Shown one piece after another: positions 1-7,999 of a stretch of DNA of 64,000 bases. The position numbers were made by a program, and so were the translations under genes. The notes beneath the pieces are model-generated. The model made no database searches, was not told where the DNA came from, and saw nothing but the letters and a program-made list of their open reading frames with translations. The stretch is from the NCBI GenBank assembly GCA_023250205.1, contig JAHFBE010000002.1, positions 4,084 to 68,083 of the forward strand. Direction: 5' to 3'. Every line of letters starts with the position of its first letter. The stretch's first letter is position 1. The DNA comes from Candidatus Melainabacteria bacterium. Its GTDB lineage: Bacteria > Cyanobacteriota > Vampirovibrionia > 2-02-FULL-35-15.

Positions 1-1126
1 ACTTTTCACTGTCTAGGTGTACCTGAAATGCATATGGAATCTTAACTTTAGTAAGAAGGTAATTTAAATTAGAATCAATATCTTGTTCTGATTCCTTAAC
101 CTCGACAGCTACCCAGGGCTCGTTATTTTTTAAAATTATAAAATCCACTTCACGTCCTCTAACATCCCTGAAATATCTTAATTCTGATTTTTCCCCATAA
201 ATGTCTGTTACCCAATGACATAAGCGAAGCAAGTGCATGGCTATTAGATTCTCAAATTTTGCAGAACGTTTTTCAACATAACCCCAGTCCCAAAAATAAA
301 GTTTACCTTCTTTTTTTACAGCTTTAATTTTCTTTGAGCCAAATGGAAGAATTTTAAAGCACACATAATTTTTTTCAAAGATATCAATCCAGTTTTTTAC
401 AGTCCTGAAATTTACTTCCAGGTCTTCACGCAGGCTGTTTATGGAAAGAATAGAACCTACAGTAAATGGCAGGTGTTCATGTAATACTTGCATTTTGTCC
501 AGCTCAAAAATTCTTTCCAGATCACGTATATCTTCTCTTATTAATCTTGTGCTGTAAGTTGAACGCCATCTCTGTGATTCTTGTTTTGAGCCTGAACAAA
601 AAGGCTCTGGGAATCCGCCAAGCTGTAAAAGATCTTTAAGTACGCCCTTTGCATCTTTAAAATTAGTTTCAGTTTCAAGCTCTGGAATTTTATTTATTTC
701 ATTAACTTCAAGATTTAATATTTCAGACAAAGTAAATGGATGTAACCTGTGAAAAAAATATCTACCCTGTAGTGAATCTCCTCCTCTGCTATATACATCA
801 AGTTTTGCACTGCCACTTACTAAGATTTTATGTTTGTTTCTATGCAAGTCAAAAGTACCCTTTAACCAATTTCTCCAGTTTTTGTACTTATGAATTTCAT
901 CAAAGACCCAAAGCTTAGCTTTTAAGTCCAGCTCATTGTGTTTTATAAGTCTTTTATGTTCATCAATATCCCAGTTATAATAGAACCCTTTTATCTGACT
1001 AAGTAGCTTCTCAGCCAGAGTAGTTTTCCCACACTGCCGCGGGCCTGCAAGAAGGACCATTTTCTTTTCTAAGTCCTTTTTAATGATGCTTTCTATTCTT
1101 CTTTGAATTGTAGTATTTTGTGCCAT
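1..1126 (-). CDS. AAA+ ATPase, DUF4143/COG1373-like; the C-terminus runs off the window start
   Basis: Absent from the supplied ORF track because it has no in-window stop. My translation from the ATG (complement of 1126-1124) reads MAQNTTIQRRIESIIKKDLEKKMVLLAGPRQCGKTTLAEKLL...KLWVFDEIHKYKNWRNWLKG...GRYFFHRLHPFTLSEI. It has Walker A GPRQCGKT and a Walker B-like VFDEIH. The frame stays open to position 2. Confidence 0.75.
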   Translation of the reverse strand, partial: MAQNTTIQRRIESIIKKDLEKKMVLLAGPRQCGKTTLAEKLLSQIKGFYYNWDIDEHKRLIKHNELDLKAKLWVFDEIHKYKNWRNWLKGTFDLHRNKHKILVSGSAKLDVYSRGGDSLQGRYFFHRLHPFTLSEILNLEVNEINKIPELETETNFKDAKGVLKDLLQLGGFPEPFCSGSKQESQRWRSTYSTRLIREDIRDLERIFELDKMQVLHEHLPFTVGSILSINSLREDLEVNFRTVKNWIDIFEKNYVCFKILPFGSKKIKAVKKEGKLYFWDWGYVEKRSAKFENLIAMHLLRLCHWVTDIYGEKSELRYFRDVRGREVDFIILKNNEPWVAVEVKESEQDIDSNLNYLLTKVKIPYAFQVHLDSEK

Positions 1127-1329
1127 AGTGCAAATTACAACGTTGTGATTTATACTATACCACAAAAACCTTCATCAATTTAACCTGCAATCAAAAGTTA
1201 AGCCTATAATCTGGCATTTTAAAGATGGGATTGCTCTGTCTCTACAAATACTGGATCAACGTCTTCTGCCAATGGAATGGCATTGATGCTTAGAACATAA
1301 AAAACAATAGTATAATTGAAAACAATTCA

Positions 1330-1962
1330 ATGGGTACGCTTAAGGTTAATTTAAATGATAGGGTGCAAAGGGCCCCTCGTTACACTAGCAAGTCTGTAGC
1401 AGACTATTTTGCAAATTCAAAACTTGAATGGTGGAAACCAAACAGTGAATACTATAATCAACAAACCAGAGTTATTGGACAATGGCTAAAGAAATTAAAC
1501 CCAAAATCAGTACTTGAACTTGGCTCTGGATTTGGAAGAATATCAGAATTGTTAGATAAACTGCCTGATGCAGAGTTTACATTAGTGGATATTAATAAAA
1601 AAGCTCTTGGGGTTTTAGGCAAAAAATTTCCTCACAGAGAAGTGGTAAGTAGTAATATTAGTGATTTTGCTTTTAAAGAAAAAAAACATGATCTAATTGT
1701 TGCAGTTGAAGTGCTAGTTCATATTCCTGATATTGAAGATTTAGTAAAAAAGATTCATAGCTCATTAACAGACAAAGGTGTATTAATTACATCAATTACA
1801 CCTGATACATGGTATCAAGCGAATTGGTCTAGAACACCGATAACTCACAGAGGCATTAATGAAAGAGAGTTTGAAGATTTTATCTCACAATACTTTAATT
1901 TTATTAAAATTAATAAAAGTGATAATAATCAATTGATTACTTATTTGTTAGAAAAGAAATAA
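1330..1962 (+). CDS. class I SAM-dependent methyltransferase
   Basis: 210-aa ORF with SAM-binding motif I VLELGSGFGRI, followed by DLIVAVEVLVHI (post-II/III-like motif). Confidence 0.7.
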   Translation: MGTLKVNLNDRVQRAPRYTSKSVADYFANSKLEWWKPNSEYYNQQTRVIGQWLKKLNPKSVLELGSGFGRISELLDKLPDAEFTLVDINKKALGVLGKKFPHREVVSSNISDFAFKEKKHDLIVAVEVLVHIPDIEDLVKKIHSSLTDKGVLITSITPDTWYQANWSRTPITHRGINEREFEDFISQYFNFIKINKSDNNQLITYLLEKK

Positions 1963-1964
1963 GA

Positions 1965-2687
1965 TCAGACAGTACTTACTATAAGCAATGTAATGGTTTC
2001 ATTTAATTTATTTTGTAGATAAGCTTCTCTTTTAGCAAGCCTTGCTTTTGAAAGACTTGCTGGCATCTCTATAATTTGCCTAAACTTGTTAAATTCTTTT
2101 TCGTCATATGTAGCAATAAAAGATATTTTATGTAAATCTTCTTTCATTCTTCTTGCTAAATCATTTAATGGAACTGATTTATCTAAACTTCTTGCTTGAT
2201 TTATATATTCCAGAGCTTGCTGGCAAAAATAATATTTAAGAAATAAAGATAATGTTACTTGAGATTCTTGATTTAGTTCTTTGGTACAGTTAGTAAATTC
2301 CATAAAAATATCTTCATCTTTAATGTTGTCGGAAATATTTTCTTTAACAGTTTGTGCAAGTCCTTTTGTGAAAAGAAACAGTTCCTTTTCTTTCTTATTT
2401 GTTTCTTCCTGGACTGCTTCGTAGAATTGAAGATCATGTTCTGAAATTTCTGTGGGGACAGGTTTTTTCTTACCGTTAAAGAGTCCTTTATTTGTAGCTT
2501 GAAATATTCTTGCCGCGTAATCATTCTTTGAGACTTCTCCATTCTGAATACTTACAGCAAAATTTTGCTCAATGGCTTTTTGAATTCTCAAGGCTTGTTT
2601 TCTCTCTTCTTCATCAACTCCTGTTGTTAAGTCAATAAGAGTTGTCTTAGCTATACCAAGTAAATAGGAAATGTTCTTAATGTCCAT
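1965..2687 (-). CDS. hypothetical protein, helical, no recognised motif
   Basis: 240-aa ORF lying 14 bp downstream of 2702..3844 on the same strand, so probably co-transcribed. Confidence 0.5.
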   Translation of the reverse strand: MDIKNISYLLGIAKTTLIDLTTGVDEEERKQALRIQKAIEQNFAVSIQNGEVSKNDYAARIFQATNKGLFNGKKKPVPTEISEHDLQFYEAVQEETNKKEKELFLFTKGLAQTVKENISDNIKDEDIFMEFTNCTKELNQESQVTLSLFLKYYFCQQALEYINQARSLDKSVPLNDLARRMKEDLHKISFIATYDEKEFNKFRQIIEMPASLSKARLAKREAYLQNKLNETITLLIVSTV

Positions 2688-2701
2688 TTGTTCTAGCCTT
2701 T

Positions 2702-3844
2702 TTATTTTTCCTGTGCAGGAGCGATAATGATGTGTTCTCTATCTACATCAACACAGTTTCCATCTGAAAACCAGAGCATTACGTGTCCTTCATCTGTAGT
2801 GTGGTATCCGAGATAATAACCACCAGCGACTACTCTATGATCGGAACCTTTACCAGCAAAAAACAATTCTCCAAAATCTAATTCATCAGCCTTTTTAATG
2901 TTTTCTAAGGGATTTCTTTTATCGCTTGGATAAAAATCTATTCCTGTAGTATCAAAATCGGCTTTGTATATATTTGGATCAAGAACACGGGTTAAAGGTC
3001 TAAATAAAACACCGTCACCTTTGTCATAGATTTTTTTCCCTGCAATAAGGTGGTGTCCATTTTCCTTTCCTTCATAGTTACCACTATAAATTATCCTTCC
3101 ATTTGCCATGTTTATACAAAGAGTAGGTTTTCTTACTTCTATTTCTCCCAAAACATTGTTTCCATTTTGAAAAATTGCTCCACCGTAATTTTGAGCTAGA
3201 TACAGTATCTTTGAAGTATTGTCTTTTGTTAGTGGGGTTGAAACAGAAGGGGTGACAGCTTTTTTAACCTCTTTGGGAGTCATCTTGGTAAATGTAAAAC
3301 AAGTTTCAGGATTTAATGCTACAAACTTTCCTGTATCAAACCAGAGGATAACATTGTCTCTATTTGTTTTATGATAGCCTTGGTAAACTCCTTTTGTTAT
3401 TGATTTTCCACTATCATTACGGACATGATAACTCTGTCCAACCTCGAGTTCTTCCTCTGCAAATTTTTCAATTTCAAGGAGAGATTTACTATTAATAAAA
3501 ACAGTATTTTCTTCTTCATGAAGATTTGAGCTGTCTGTATTTTTAATTGTTCTAACTACTACCCCTGTGTTAGTTCCAACGATTTTATCTGGATTTGTAG
3601 TTAATATATTATTGTTTTCATCAATGCCATTGAAAGAACCGGATACTACAATAAGCGCTCCTGTTGTTGCATTTAAACAACTTATTCGTTCTCCATTTTG
3701 AATAGTTTCACTGCTATCAATTCTTCCATTAACTACTATTAATGAACCTGATTTCTCCACTAACTTTAAAATCTCACGATTCATTGGTTTTGGAGAAAAA
3801 CCACCGGAATTACCAACATTCTGAAAGTGAACCTTTTTAACCAT
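2702..3844 (-). CDS. hypothetical protein with an internal ~190-aa duplication
   Basis: 380-aa ORF whose two halves align. ISCLNATTGALIVVSGSFNG...GVYQGYHKTNRDNVILWFDTGKFVALNPE matches TLCINMANGRIIYSGNYEG...GYYLGYHTTDEGHVMLWFSDGNCVDVDRE. Confidence 0.55.
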   Translation of the reverse strand: MVKKVHFQNVGNSGGFSPKPMNREILKLVEKSGSLIVVNGRIDSSETIQNGERISCLNATTGALIVVSGSFNGIDENNNILTTNPDKIVGTNTGVVVRTIKNTDSSNLHEEENTVFINSKSLLEIEKFAEEELEVGQSYHVRNDSGKSITKGVYQGYHKTNRDNVILWFDTGKFVALNPETCFTFTKMTPKEVKKAVTPSVSTPLTKDNTSKILYLAQNYGGAIFQNGNNVLGEIEVRKPTLCINMANGRIIYSGNYEGKENGHHLIAGKKIYDKGDGVLFRPLTRVLDPNIYKADFDTTGIDFYPSDKRNPLENIKKADELDFGELFFAGKGSDHRVVAGGYYLGYHTTDEGHVMLWFSDGNCVDVDREHIIIAPAQEK

Positions 3845-3965
3845 TTAGATCTCCTTAAATAGCTTATCTATTTTAATAATTAACTAAAATTTAGAACTGA
3901 ACAAATTATAGTATTAAAAAATTTGTTCTACAAGATGCATAGACATTTAAACATCAATTGCTAAA

Positions 3966-4517
3966 ATGGTTGAACTAACTTTAAATGAGCTAATTATGAG
4001 TGATTATATTAAACCTATTGTGGGATTTATTTCGGCAGAGGCTTTACACATAAAGCCTGAGAATAAACTGAAACAATTAATAAAAAACCTTAAGTATAGA
4101 AATCCATTTGATCCTAAAAATGATCCTGTAGTAAAACTTATGGAAACCAATAATCCTGCAGTTGTATCGCTTTTGATTGAAGCTTTAAGTGATCCAGAAG
4201 CAAATATTCGCCAGGGGGCAGCTCTTATTTTAGGTCATAAGGAAGAACACAGTGCAGTAAAATCTCTAATAGATCTTTTAGAAGATCCTGATTTATATGT
4301 TCGTGCCACAGCAGCAAATTCTTTAAAAAAGTTAAAAGATGAGAGAGCAGTTGGAGCATTAATTAAATGTTTAAATGATGTTGCTTCTGAAGTTCGTAGA
4401 TCTGCTGCAATAGCATTAAAATCCATAGGTTCATCAGAAGCCATCGAAGTTTTGAAAAAATTAGCACAAAATAACAATGACTTATCTTTAAAAGATATTG
4501 TGCGAGCGTTTATTTAA
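3966..4517 (+). CDS. HEAT-repeat (PBS-lyase-type) protein
   Basis: Tandem ~31-aa repeats: DPEANIRQGAALILG, DPDLYVRATAANSLKKLKDERAV, DVASEVRRSAAIALKSIGSSEAI. Confidence 0.7.
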   Translation: MVELTLNELIMSDYIKPIVGFISAEALHIKPENKLKQLIKNLKYRNPFDPKNDPVVKLMETNNPAVVSLLIEALSDPEANIRQGAALILGHKEEHSAVKSLIDLLEDPDLYVRATAANSLKKLKDERAVGALIKCLNDVASEVRRSAAIALKSIGSSEAIEVLKKLAQNNNDLSLKDIVRAFI

Positions 4518-4537
4518 ATTTGTAATTTATAACAGAC

Positions 4538-5437
4538 ATGCAATACACTGGTATTGTGTCAAAAGAAAAAACAAAAGATCTTATTTTCCTCCACCTGGCA
4601 GTTTTCCTTTTTGGATTCTCGGCTTTATTTGGAAGATTCATTCTCTTGTCTCCTGTTGTAATTGTTTTTGGACGTACATTTGTGGCAATGATTATGTCCT
4701 TGATTCTTTTAAAGTTTTTGAAGCAGCCCATTAAGTTAAAAGGGAAACATGACTATTTTTTATTATGTTTTAATGGTGTTTTCTTTGCTCTTCACTGGTT
4801 TACTTTTTTTAAATCAATTCAGGTTTCAAATATAGCAATTGCAGTTCTTACATTTTCTACTTATCCCGTATTTGTTACTTTTTTAGAACCATATTTCTAC
4901 AAAGAAAAAATAAGAATATTTGATATGGTTACATCTTTTATTGCACTTTTTGGTGTATTTTTAATTCTTCCAAGAGTTGAATTGAGTGATAACCTTACGC
5001 AGGGAGCACTGTGGGGACTAGCTGCAGGACTTACTTGTGCTTTTCTTGGAATTGCGAGTAAGAAGGGAATTGAAAAACATTCTGCTTTAGTCATCCCGTT
5101 TTATCAAAACCTTACAGCGGCAATTGTTGCTTTTCCTTTTGTTCTTTATATGAAACCTTTGCTAGAAGTTAGGGATGTATTACTTCTTATTTTGCTGGGG
5201 AGCTTATTTACAGCTGTTTCAGGAACTTTATATGTTAAAAGTTTAAGCACTATGAAAGTCCAGTTTGCCAGTATAGTTACTTGTCTTGAACCAGTGTATG
5301 CAATTATTTTTGCAGCGATTTTGCTAGATGAGATCCCAAGTGTTAGGACTCTTATTGGTGGAACAGTAATTTTAGGAGCTATTTTACTTGCTACTGTTAA
5401 ATCAAGACATAAAGAACTTATACTTCCAGTAAACTAA
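4538..5437 (+). CDS. EamA/DMT-family permease
   Basis: 299 aa with about 10 hydrophobic segments arranged in two similar halves. Confidence 0.65.
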   Translation: MQYTGIVSKEKTKDLIFLHLAVFLFGFSALFGRFILLSPVVIVFGRTFVAMIMSLILLKFLKQPIKLKGKHDYFLLCFNGVFFALHWFTFFKSIQVSNIAIAVLTFSTYPVFVTFLEPYFYKEKIRIFDMVTSFIALFGVFLILPRVELSDNLTQGALWGLAAGLTCAFLGIASKKGIEKHSALVIPFYQNLTAAIVAFPFVLYMKPLLEVRDVLLLILLGSLFTAVSGTLYVKSLSTMKVQFASIVTCLEPVYAIIFAAILLDEIPSVRTLIGGTVILGAILLATVKSRHKELILPVN

Positions 5438-6390
5438 TCTTCAATTAATTTGTAACCATACTTCCTTAATAAAGGAAAAGTAATTAGAGTGGAAATAAGC
5501 CTATCTTTTTTATTTAACTTTTCTTTCCACTCTTCATCAAGTTTTAACTTTACAATGCCACTTTCAAATCGATTTGGATTTCCCCATACAGAATGATTTG
5601 CTCCAAGTTTAACCTCATAATCTGAAATAAATGGAAGAGAGGAAGTTTCTTCATTAACGAGGCTCAAGATCTTTGTAATCGTTGCTTTTGGATTTAGAAT
5701 AAAGTCATCATATTTAAAAAATAAATATTTGTTCTTCATATTTTTACAAAGATGCTCAGCTGCCGTATTTCTAAGATTCCAAAGAAGAGAACTTAAGACA
5801 GGATTTTCTTGTTTCATAACTAGAGGTCGATTTTCATCCGGTTGCACAAGCATCTTTTTTTGTCTTGAATATGCAATTCCACGCGGATCTCGTACCAGGT
5901 GAATAAAATAAGGATCCACCTCCTCTATTTGACTTAATAAGAGTCCGTAAATTGGAGATTTAGATGTATCAATTATTACTCTTGAATTTGAAACATTACT
6001 TAAAGTATTTAGTAATTTACCGTGATTTTTTATGTAAAAGCTGAGATTTGAATTAATAAAACTTTTTACACCAGGCAGGAAAATGCAGGGAATATTTTTA
6101 TTTCTTAAATATTTCTCACATAATGATTTCATTTTGTCTATGTTTACATTTTCAATACCATTAAATGCTTCTTGAAAAACAGACTTCCATAAATTACATT
6201 CTTTAATAGGTGTGCCACAGCCACAAAGTCTATTGTCAGGTAAGACTTTATTCCAGATAGTTCTGATTTCTCCTCCGAAGAAGAAACCGTTGATCTCGCC
6301 TAAAATCTTTCCAAGTATAGTGCTTCCATTTCTTCCCCAGCCGGTAATATTGATTACTTTTGTTTTTTTGTTAGGGGTCATAATTAACAA
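5434..6390 (-). CDS. sulfotransferase-family protein (paralog 1)
   Basis: Contains the PAPS 5'-phosphosulfate-binding-type motif ITGWGRNGSTILG and the 3'-phosphate-type motif HLVRDPRGIAYSR. Also has a Cys cluster, CGCGTPIKECNLW. It is clearly paralogous to 49327..50259. Confidence 0.7.
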   Translation of the reverse strand: MLIMTPNKKTKVINITGWGRNGSTILGKILGEINGFFFGGEIRTIWNKVLPDNRLCGCGTPIKECNLWKSVFQEAFNGIENVNIDKMKSLCEKYLRNKNIPCIFLPGVKSFINSNLSFYIKNHGKLLNTLSNVSNSRVIIDTSKSPIYGLLLSQIEEVDPYFIHLVRDPRGIAYSRQKKMLVQPDENRPLVMKQENPVLSSLLWNLRNTAAEHLCKNMKNKYLFFKYDDFILNPKATITKILSLVNEETSSLPFISDYEVKLGANHSVWGNPNRFESGIVKLKLDEEWKEKLNKKDRLISTLITFPLLRKYGYKLIED

Positions 6391-6550
6391 TTAATGATAA
6401 ATTACCAGATAATATCTGTAAACATAAAAGATCGTTTTACAAATTATCAATTATTGTTATTAGCTTTAGAGTCTGACAACCTATACATACTGAACAACTA
6501 TTAAACTTAAATGCTATTTGTGATTAGCTTTAAGATAAAATTAAGTCTAC

Positions 6551-7582
6551 ATGAAGCTTATTCCAAACTTTGCAAGTGATAATACAGTAGGGGTTCATCC
6601 TGATATTTTAGATGCAATGCTTTCTGTTAATAATGGAAGTACTGTTGCTTATGGTGAAGATGAATATACCAAGCTAGCTGATAAAAAATTTAAAGAGTAT
6701 TTTGGAAAAAATGCAGAAGCATTTTTTGTTTTTAATGGTACGGCAGCAAATGTAATTGGCTTGAGGGGATTAACAGAATCTTTTCACTCTATAATTTGTT
6801 CTGAAATGGCTCACATTAATAGTAGTGAGTGTAATGCTGTAGAGAGATTTACTGGTTGTAAGCTTCTTACCGTTCCATCGAAGAATGGAAAAATAACAGT
6901 TGATCAGGTAAAAGAACAAATGCATGTTTTGGGAGAGCAACATCATGCACAGCCAAAAGTAATTTCAATTACTCAGGCTACTGAATTAGGAGCAGTTTAT
7001 ACTCCAAAGGAAATAAAAACTTTAGCTGATTTTGCTCATAAGAATAATATGTTTCTTCATATGGATGGTGCAAGACTTGCAAACGCAGCAGTTAAATTAG
7101 GAGGTTCACTTAGAAAAACTACTGTAGATGCCGGAGTTGATGTACTTTCGTTTGGTGGGACAAAAAATGGAATAATGTTTGGCGAAGCAGTGATTTTCTT
7201 TGATAAAAAATTATCCCGCGATTTTAAATATGTCAGAAAACAAGGCATGCAGCTTGCATCAAAGATGCGATATATTTCCGCACAATTTATAGCGCTTCTT
7301 TCAAATGACTTATGGAAAAAGAATGCAGAATATGCAAATAAGATGGCGAAATATCTGGAGAAAAGATTAAAGGAAATCTCAAAAATAAAACTGACTCAAA
7401 AGGTTGAAACAAATGGAGTTTTTGTTAGCATCCCAAAAAAATGCATTCCATTGATTAACAAGAAATATTTTATTTATACTTGGAATGAGAAAACGTCAGA
7501 GATTCGCTTAATGACATCATTTGACACAAAGAAAGAAGATGTTGATGCTCTCATTGATTTTCTAAAAAAGGTTGTAAAATAA
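6551..7582 (+). CDS. ltaE: low-specificity L-threonine aldolase (PLP-dependent)
   Basis: Motifs FASDNTVGVHPDILDAM, FNGTAANVIGL, HMDGARLANA and SFGGTKNG (PLP lysine). Confidence 0.8.
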   Translation: MKLIPNFASDNTVGVHPDILDAMLSVNNGSTVAYGEDEYTKLADKKFKEYFGKNAEAFFVFNGTAANVIGLRGLTESFHSIICSEMAHINSSECNAVERFTGCKLLTVPSKNGKITVDQVKEQMHVLGEQHHAQPKVISITQATELGAVYTPKEIKTLADFAHKNNMFLHMDGARLANAAVKLGGSLRKTTVDAGVDVLSFGGTKNGIMFGEAVIFFDKKLSRDFKYVRKQGMQLASKMRYISAQFIALLSNDLWKKNAEYANKMAKYLEKRLKEISKIKLTQKVETNGVFVSIPKKCIPLINKKYFIYTWNEKTSEIRLMTSFDTKKEDVDALIDFLKKVVK

Positions 7583-7586
7583 AAAC

Positions 7587-7961
7587 ATGAATGAAAGCAA
7601 AAAAAATATAAAGATAAATATTAATGATATTCCTTGTTATTGTTCTGTTGGAATTGCGACTGAAGAAAAGAAAATGGGACAGAAGCTTATTGTTAGTGTA
7701 AATTTGGAAATTGATTCTACAAAGCTAGCTAAAACAGATGCTATAGAAGATACAGTAAGCTATGTAGATGTATACAAAATAGTACAGCAAATCGGGCAAT
7801 CTAAATCTTTTTCCTTAATTGAATTTCTTGCAGAAGAACTTGTTTCTGGAATTTTACAGATGCCGCTTGTACTTTCTGCTAAAGTAAAGGTCTGTAAGCC
7901 TCATATACCATATAAAGATTTTCAGGGAAATGTCTCAGTTGAAGTTGAAAGAAGAAAATGA
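7587..7961 (+). CDS. folB: dihydroneopterin aldolase
   Basis: 124 aa. Has the GIATEEKKMGQKLIVSV pattern and VSYVDVY...IEFLAEEL, typical of FolB. It sits directly upstream of pabB-pabC. Confidence 0.7.
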   Translation: MNESKKNIKININDIPCYCSVGIATEEKKMGQKLIVSVNLEIDSTKLAKTDAIEDTVSYVDVYKIVQQIGQSKSFSLIEFLAEELVSGILQMPLVLSAKVKVCKPHIPYKDFQGNVSVEVERRK

Positions 7962-7967
7962 CCTCTG

Positions 7968-7999
7968 GTCATTGCGAGGAATGAAGTGACGAAGCAATC
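7968..7999 (+). repeat. palindromic-element half copy at the folB/pabB junction
   Basis: GTCATTGCGAGGAATGAAGTGACGAAGCAATC. It contains the GTG annotated as the pabB start. Confidence 0.7.

Noticed and set aside
736-918. 60-aa plus-strand ORF.
   Set aside because: It lies antisense within the well-supported AAA+ ATPase gene (1..1126, minus strand).
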